DNA from: Rickettsiales bacterium | Lineage (GTDB): Bacteria > Pseudomonadota > Alphaproteobacteria > Methylaequorales > Methylaequoraceae | NCBI GenBank assembly: GCA_002691145.1 | Contig: NZHE01000024.1 | Span: forward strand, 8,094-72,093 | Reading direction: 5' to 3' | DNA: 64,000 bases | Shown here: positions 59,312-64,000 of the stretch, one piece after another | Layout: each line of letters starts with the position of its first letter | Position numbering within the stretch: position 1 is the stretch's first letter | The notes under the pieces: model-generated | Database searches by the model: none | What the model saw: only the letters and a program-made list of their open reading frames with translations | Told to the model about the DNA's origin: nothing | Program-made: the position numbers and the translations under genes

Positions 59312-60187
59312 TTAATTTTCTTTGACTAATTTTTTGAAATCCTCCATCAATGTCAAAGTGACTTTTCTTTCATCAAAAGAAAAGTTATTTATACTCTTAA
59401 TTGGAGTGATTTCTACAGCAGTTCCAGTTAAAAAAGCTTCACTACAAGTTTCCATTATGTTTGGTTCAAGGTGTTCTTCATGAACTTTTATGCCGTTATT
59501 TATTGCTATTTCTATAACTGTTTTTCTAGTAATACCATTCAAAAAACAATCAGCTTTTGGTGTTAATATTTTCCCATCTTGAACAAAAAAAATATTTGCA
59601 CCTGTTGCCTCAGCAATATATCCTCGATAATCAAGCATTAGAGCATCGTCGTATCCTTCCGCCTCAGCTTTATGTTTGCTTAACGAACATATCATATAAA
59701 GACCAGCGGCTTTACTATCGGTTGGCGCACAATCTGGAGGTGGTCTTTTCCATTCAGCAATCGTCATTTTAATACCCTCTAAAATTTTTTCAGGCGAGAA
59801 ATACGATGGCCATTTCCAAGCTGCAATAGCTATATTAGTTTTTGCTGACTTTGCAGAAATTGCCATTTTTTCACTACCTCTCCAAACTACTGGTCTAATA
59901 TATCCATTATCAATTCCCTGTTCTTTTACAATATTCAATGTAGATTTTTCAATTTCTTTTTCTGAATAATTTATATGCAAATCAAGAATTCTTGCTGAAT
60001 GGAACAATCTAGAGATATGTTCACTTAGCTTAAAAATTTTTTTTTCGTACACCCTAATTCCTTCAAAAACACAACTACCATAGTGTAAACCATGATTAAG
60101 GACATGAATTTTTGCCTTATTCCAATTTATAAGGTTCCCATTCATCCAAATAAGTCCGTCTCTATTATCAAAAGGGATTAATTGCAT
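59312..60187 (-). CDS. ilvE: branched-chain-amino-acid aminotransferase (PLP fold type IV)
   Basis: 'IWMNGNLINWNKAKIHVLNHGLHYGSCVFEGIRVY' (very close to the IlvE consensus) and C-terminal 'EAFLTGTAVEITPI'. Confidence 0.8.
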   Translation of the reverse strand: MQLIPFDNRDGLIWMNGNLINWNKAKIHVLNHGLHYGSCVFEGIRVYEKKIFKLSEHISRLFHSARILDLHINYSEKEIEKSTLNIVKEQGIDNGYIRPVVWRGSEKMAISAKSAKTNIAIAAWKWPSYFSPEKILEGIKMTIAEWKRPPPDCAPTDSKAAGLYMICSLSKHKAEAEGYDDALMLDYRGYIAEATGANIFFVQDGKILTPKADCFLNGITRKTVIEIAINNGIKVHEEHLEPNIMETCSEAFLTGTAVEITPIKSINNFSFDERKVTLTLMEDFKKLVKEN

Positions 60188-60263
60188 AAATCATTTAATT
60201 AGTTAAAATCTTACAATATAGTAAAAGAAACAAGAATTCTATAATACTAAACAATATTTACTT

Positions 60264-60959
60264 ATGAATGAAAAATTAGAAAATCAACATATTTTATGCA
60301 TTGATGACGATAATAAAATAAGAGAATTGATTAAAAAATTTTTGGTTAAGCATAATTTTATTGTTTCATCTTCTAGTAATGCATTAGAAGCAGGAAAAAT
60401 GCTAAAGTTCTATAAATTTGATTTGATTATTCTTGATATAATGATGCCAAAAGTAAATGGTATTATTTTTCTAGAGAAATTAAGAAAAATGGATAACAAA
60501 ACACCTGTCTTGATGCTTTCAGCTATAAGCGATATAAAAAAAAAATTACAAACTTACAGGTTAGGTTCTGACGATTATTTGTTAAAACCATTTGAACCTG
60601 AGGAACTGATTTTTAAGATAAAAAAATTGATTCAACCAAGAATAAATTTAAAAATTAATAATAAAATTCTTTTTGGAAATTTTGAATTTGATTTTAATCT
60701 TCAGGAACTAAAAAAAAATAATAAACAGATAAAGTTAACAAATAAAGAATTAATGATTCTTGATTTCCTTGGAAAAAATATAAATATTCAAATTTCAAGA
60801 GAAAAAATAGCTCAAAATCTTAAAATTTCAAATACTTCAAGAACTGTAGATGTATTTATCGCTAGATTAAGAAAAAAAATTGAAAATAAAGATGGAAGTT
60901 CCTTTCTAAAAACTATAAGAGGGAAAGGATATGTTTTAAAAAGTGATTATGAAGTATAA
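60264..60959 (+). CDS. OmpR-family two-component response regulator (receiver + winged helix)
   Basis: 'ILCIDDD' ... 'DLIILDIMMPKVNG' receiver and C-terminal 'RTVDVFIARLRKKIE' ... 'IRGKGYVLK' winged-helix DNA-binding domain. Confidence 0.85.
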   Translation: MNEKLENQHILCIDDDNKIRELIKKFLVKHNFIVSSSSNALEAGKMLKFYKFDLIILDIMMPKVNGIIFLEKLRKMDNKTPVLMLSAISDIKKKLQTYRLGSDDYLLKPFEPEELIFKIKKLIQPRINLKINNKILFGNFEFDFNLQELKKNNKQIKLTNKELMILDFLGKNINIQISREKIAQNLKISNTSRTVDVFIARLRKKIENKDGSSFLKTIRGKGYVLKSDYEV

Positions 60960-62250
60960 TTTCAAAAAAATCTTGCCCAAGAAAATTTTAACCAGATTAT
61001 TAATAATTTTTTTTGTACCTTTGATCTTCATCCAAATTTTTGCTGTTTTTTTATTTTACGACCGTCATTGGGAAAAAATTACAACCAGATTTGCAAATAT
61101 TGCAAGCAACCAAATTAACTTAATTGTAAATGAATACTCAAAAAAGAACTTTGATAACGCGAATGAAATTGCAAAAAACTTAAACTTAAATGTTACTGTA
61201 ATAGATCAAAATGAAGTATTTAATACTCAAAAAAAATACAATTTAGTTGAAAAAAATATTTTGAATACTTTCGAAAGTAGAATATATTGGAATTTTGAAA
61301 TAAAATTCGCTCAAAATTTCATTGAATTCTATGTCTATCTTCCAAATGAAAAGCTTAAAATTATTTTACCGAAAAAATACTTAGTAAGTGAAACACCTTT
61401 AATACTTTTTATGTGGATAATTTCTTCATCAGTTTTTTTATCTTTATTAGCATTTTTATTTTTGAGGATACAAGTAAGAGCTATCACTAGGTTAGCAAAG
61501 TTTTCTGAAAAATTTAGCTTTGACAATGATATCAAAGGTTTCAAGCCGTCAGGTGCTGTTGAAATTAGAATGGCAGGCAATGCTTTTATAAGGATGAAAA
61601 AGAGAATTAAAAATCAAATAAAAACTAGAACAGATTTTCTTGCTGGTATTTCACATGATCTTGGAACATTAATTACTAGGATAAAACTTCAGCTTGAATT
61701 AGCAAGTAATCTCAGAGATATTAAGTCTGTAAAACAAGATGTGAATTCGATGCAATTGTTATTGAAAGAGTATTTAGAGTATTCAAAAAACATTAATACA
61801 TCAGATAAATTAAAAACGATTTATTTATCTTTATTTCTCAAAAATCTGGTAAATTCCTCAAAACCTATTTTTAAAAAAAAAAAAGTAACTGTTAGTTGCG
61901 ATCATAGTATTAATATTAAAATACGAGAGAATGATTTATTTAGAGTATGCTCAAATATTCTTAATAATGCCTGCAAATTTGGAGAAAAAATAAATATTTT
62001 TGTAGTAAAAGTTGGAAATAAAATTTTTATAAATATTGAAGACGACGGACCAGGAATACCAGAAAAAAATAGAAAAGAAATTTTTAAACCTTTCTTCAAG
62101 TTAGATTCATCTAGAAACTTAAACTGTATTGGCTCCGGTTTAGGTTTGAGCATTGCTAAGGAAATCATGACTAAAATAAATGGTAAAATTACCGTAACAA
62201 CATCAAATATGGGAGGTGCTCTATTCAAAGTCCAATTGCCATTAGACTAA
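60943..62250 (+). CDS. EnvZ-like sensor histidine kinase
   Basis: Two TM segments flank a periplasmic region; H-box 'FLAGISHDLGTLITRI'; N-box 'NILNNACKFG'; G-boxes 'EDDGPGIPEKN' and 'GSGLGLSIAKEIM'. Start overlaps the regulator's 3' end. Confidence 0.85.
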   Translation: MIMKYNFKKILPKKILTRLLIIFFVPLIFIQIFAVFLFYDRHWEKITTRFANIASNQINLIVNEYSKKNFDNANEIAKNLNLNVTVIDQNEVFNTQKKYNLVEKNILNTFESRIYWNFEIKFAQNFIEFYVYLPNEKLKIILPKKYLVSETPLILFMWIISSSVFLSLLAFLFLRIQVRAITRLAKFSEKFSFDNDIKGFKPSGAVEIRMAGNAFIRMKKRIKNQIKTRTDFLAGISHDLGTLITRIKLQLELASNLRDIKSVKQDVNSMQLLLKEYLEYSKNINTSDKLKTIYLSLFLKNLVNSSKPIFKKKKVTVSCDHSINIKIRENDLFRVCSNILNNACKFGEKINIFVVKVGNKIFINIEDDGPGIPEKNRKEIFKPFFKLDSSRNLNCIGSGLGLSIAKEIMTKINGKITVTTSNMGGALFKVQLPLD

Positions 62251-62255
62251 TGTAA

Positions 62256-63071
62256 CTAGTTGTATTTTTTACTTATTGAAAGCGATTTTTTTTTTGCCTT
62301 ATTTATCGCAGAAGCCAATAAATTCAAAATTTGATTTTTTTTATTTAAAAATTTGATAGCCTCTTCAGTAGTACCTCCTTTACTTGTTACGATTGAAATT
62401 ATTGAGTCTAAAGATTTTTTATTTTTTTTTAGGTATTCTGCAGAACCAAACAACATAGATTTCACCAATTCTGATGAATCTTTTTTTGATATCCCATTTT
62501 TCTCAGAAATTTCTATCAAATTTTTAAAAAAATGTAAAATATAAGCTGGTCCTCCACCGTAGAGTGCTGTAAAAAAATTTATATCAGTCTCTTTTTTAAG
62601 CCACATAATTTTTCCAATTTTTATAAACAAATCTTCAATATCTTCTTTTAATTCATTTGAAATTTTTTTTTTTGAAAATAATGCTGTAGAACTATGACTA
62701 ACACTAGCAAGAATATTTGGCATCACTCTGAAAATATTGGTGTTACTGTCAAATAATTTTTCAAGTTTTTTTATATTTATCCCTGCCATTAAAGAAATTA
62801 AGTTTTTTGTTTTAAAAAATTTACAATTCAATAGTAAGTTTGCCTTATCTAATTCTGGTGGTTTGATACATAATACTGTAAAGTCATAATATCGTGAGCT
62901 AAGATCTTGAAATTTTCTGTGGAATTTAATGCCCGGATGCAATTTTTTGAAAACTAAACTTTTTGTCTTATTTTTTTCAATAACTTCAAGTTCAATATTA
63001 CTACTAATCCATGACTCCAATAACAAACTTCCAAGATTTCCACATCCCAGTAATAATAACTTCTTTTTCAC
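62256..63071 (-). CDS. proC: pyrroline-5-carboxylate reductase
   Basis: 'LLLLGCGNLGSLL' Rossmann motif and C-terminal 'VTSKGGTTEEAIKFL' P5CR signature. Confidence 0.8.
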   Translation of the reverse strand: MKKKLLLLGCGNLGSLLLESWISSNIELEVIEKNKTKSLVFKKLHPGIKFHRKFQDLSSRYYDFTVLCIKPPELDKANLLLNCKFFKTKNLISLMAGINIKKLEKLFDSNTNIFRVMPNILASVSHSSTALFSKKKISNELKEDIEDLFIKIGKIMWLKKETDINFFTALYGGGPAYILHFFKNLIEISEKNGISKKDSSELVKSMLFGSAEYLKKNKKSLDSIISIVTSKGGTTEEAIKFLNKKNQILNLLASAINKAKKKSLSISKKYN

Positions 63072-63575
63072 TCAAGCCTCACCTAAAGTTTCAAGTAAAG
63101 CAAACTTTAGCGCAAAATCTGGGTCATTTTTTTTATATAAAAATACATGAAACGCTGGAAAATATTTGTCACACTCATCAGCCATCACATCAATCAAATC
63201 TTCAATTTGTTCAGTAGTCAATCCAGAAACTCCTTTTAAGGAAATATTATGTCTGTAGTGTATAGATTTTGATTCAGCCGAATAAATAAAGTAACCAACT
63301 AATAACTTTTCATTTATTGTTGAAATCATATCTTTAATTTTTCTAGACAATTTTGTAGGTATTTTAAGATTGAGTTTATTTGAAACTCTTATTAAAGAAT
63401 TGGGCTGAAACCAAAAAAAGGAAACATTGTATAGATTCCATATACCATTAAATTTAATAACTAGTTCATCTCTGTGATTTCTTGAAAACTCTAGGTCATA
63501 GGCTGAAACTATTTCTTCAATATCATCTATAGGATTAATGAAAATAGTAGATGTATTTTCATTATTTGATTTCAT
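63072..63575 (-). CDS. YbjN-domain protein (putative sensory-transduction/T3SS-chaperone-like fold)
   Basis: 167 aa with 'NPIDDIEEIVSAYDLEFSRNHRDEL' ... 'YFPAFHVFL' YbjN-like pattern; abuts proC. Confidence 0.5.
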   Translation of the reverse strand: MKSNNENTSTIFINPIDDIEEIVSAYDLEFSRNHRDELVIKFNGIWNLYNVSFFWFQPNSLIRVSNKLNLKIPTKLSRKIKDMISTINEKLLVGYFIYSAESKSIHYRHNISLKGVSGLTTEQIEDLIDVMADECDKYFPAFHVFLYKKNDPDFALKFALLETLGEA

Positions 63576-63685
63576 AGAATGACTTTATTATATAAAATAA
63601 ATTAAAGCAACAAATTATAGTGTGTTTATTACAAAAATTGTCAATATGTAGTATGTTTGAAATTATTTAATATAAATTATTTATT

Positions 63686-63871
63686 ATGATTTTATTAGTT
63701 ATTGTATTCTTAATTGTATATCTTCTGTTTTTTGTTTTTTGGGTATATTATATTCATAGAATGTTAAAAGAATCAAAAACATCACAAAATAACATTTATC
63801 TTGTATTTATATCTTTATTTTTATTTGTTACTTATTTATTAAGTTATATAATTTTAAAGATTCCAAACTAA
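63686..63871 (+). CDS. hypothetical small membrane protein (2 TM, 61 aa)
   Basis: ORF with two strongly hydrophobic helices; no motif. Confidence 0.25.
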   Translation: MILLVIVFLIVYLLFFVFWVYYIHRMLKESKTSQNNIYLVFISLFLFVTYLLSYIILKIPN

Positions 63872-63882
63872 TAATTTAGCTT

Positions 63883-64000
63883 ATGATAATCATTACAGGC
63901 GGTTGCGGTTTTATTGGTTCTAATGTTGTTAAAGCTCTTGAAGAGTTAGATTTTGAAGAAGTATGTGTAGTTGATCGATATAGCAATGAAAAACAAAAAA
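63883..64000 (+). CDS. hldD: partial CDS (continues past the window edge): ADP-L-glycero-D-manno-heptose 6-epimerase-like NAD-dependent epimerase
   Basis: '[31 protein letters not shown]' matches the HldD/RfaD N-terminus (MIIVTGGAGFIGSN.VKAL...I.VVD). Confidence 0.6.
   Translation, partial: MIIITGGCGFIGSNVVKALEELDFEEVCVVDRYSNEKQK

Noticed and set aside
1-64000. CRISPR arrays, transposases/IS elements, prophage genes, toxin-antitoxin pairs, restriction-modification or other defence genes
   Set aside because: No direct-repeat/spacer periodicity, no transposase/integrase/recombinase motifs and no characteristic small adjacent TA-like ORF pairs were seen. The window reads as conserved chromosomal backbone.

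Overview
This is an AT-rich (roughly 28-30% GC by eye), tightly packed chromosomal segment. Its gene content and local synteny (lpxC-bamD-recN, dnaG-rpoD, uvrC-pgsA, carA-carB-greA-trxB, and a long dcw cell-division/cell-wall cluster) look like a streamlined free-living alphaproteobacterium of the SAR11/Pelagibacterales type; that assignment is inference from composition and synteny only. Almost everything is conserved core housekeeping: sspB-fumC, ampD, RNase P RNA, the dcw cluster, recN, a UvrD-family helicase, metF plus a two-gene methionine synthase, mlaA/mlaC, tRNA-Met, the yqeY-dnaG-rpoD operon, carAB, greA, trxB, aatA, uvrB, uvrC, pgsA, molybdopterin genes, ilvE, an OmpR/EnvZ-like two-component pair, proC, and the start of hldD. 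I found no mobile element, CRISPR array, defence island or obvious horizontally acquired block, so I cannot honestly point to a new 'system' here. Six things are worth a second look. First, ftsZ has moved out of its usual ftsA-ftsZ-lpxC position to sit between mraZ and rsmH. Second, cobalamin-type methionine synthase is split into two adjacent genes at the Hcy-domain/pterin-domain boundary. Third and fourth, two genes (an AsmA-like envelope protein and a three-domain Xaa-Pro aminopeptidase) are each broken by a single-base frame change inside a long poly(A) run on the coding strand. Fifth, moaE has its conserved N-terminal region encoded upstream of its first ATG with no canonical start codon. 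Sixth, a 300-bp intergenic region upstream of uvrC carries a perfect DnaA box inside a 7-bp-arm palindrome. All product calls rest on reading motifs in the six-frame translations by eye; no database search was run.
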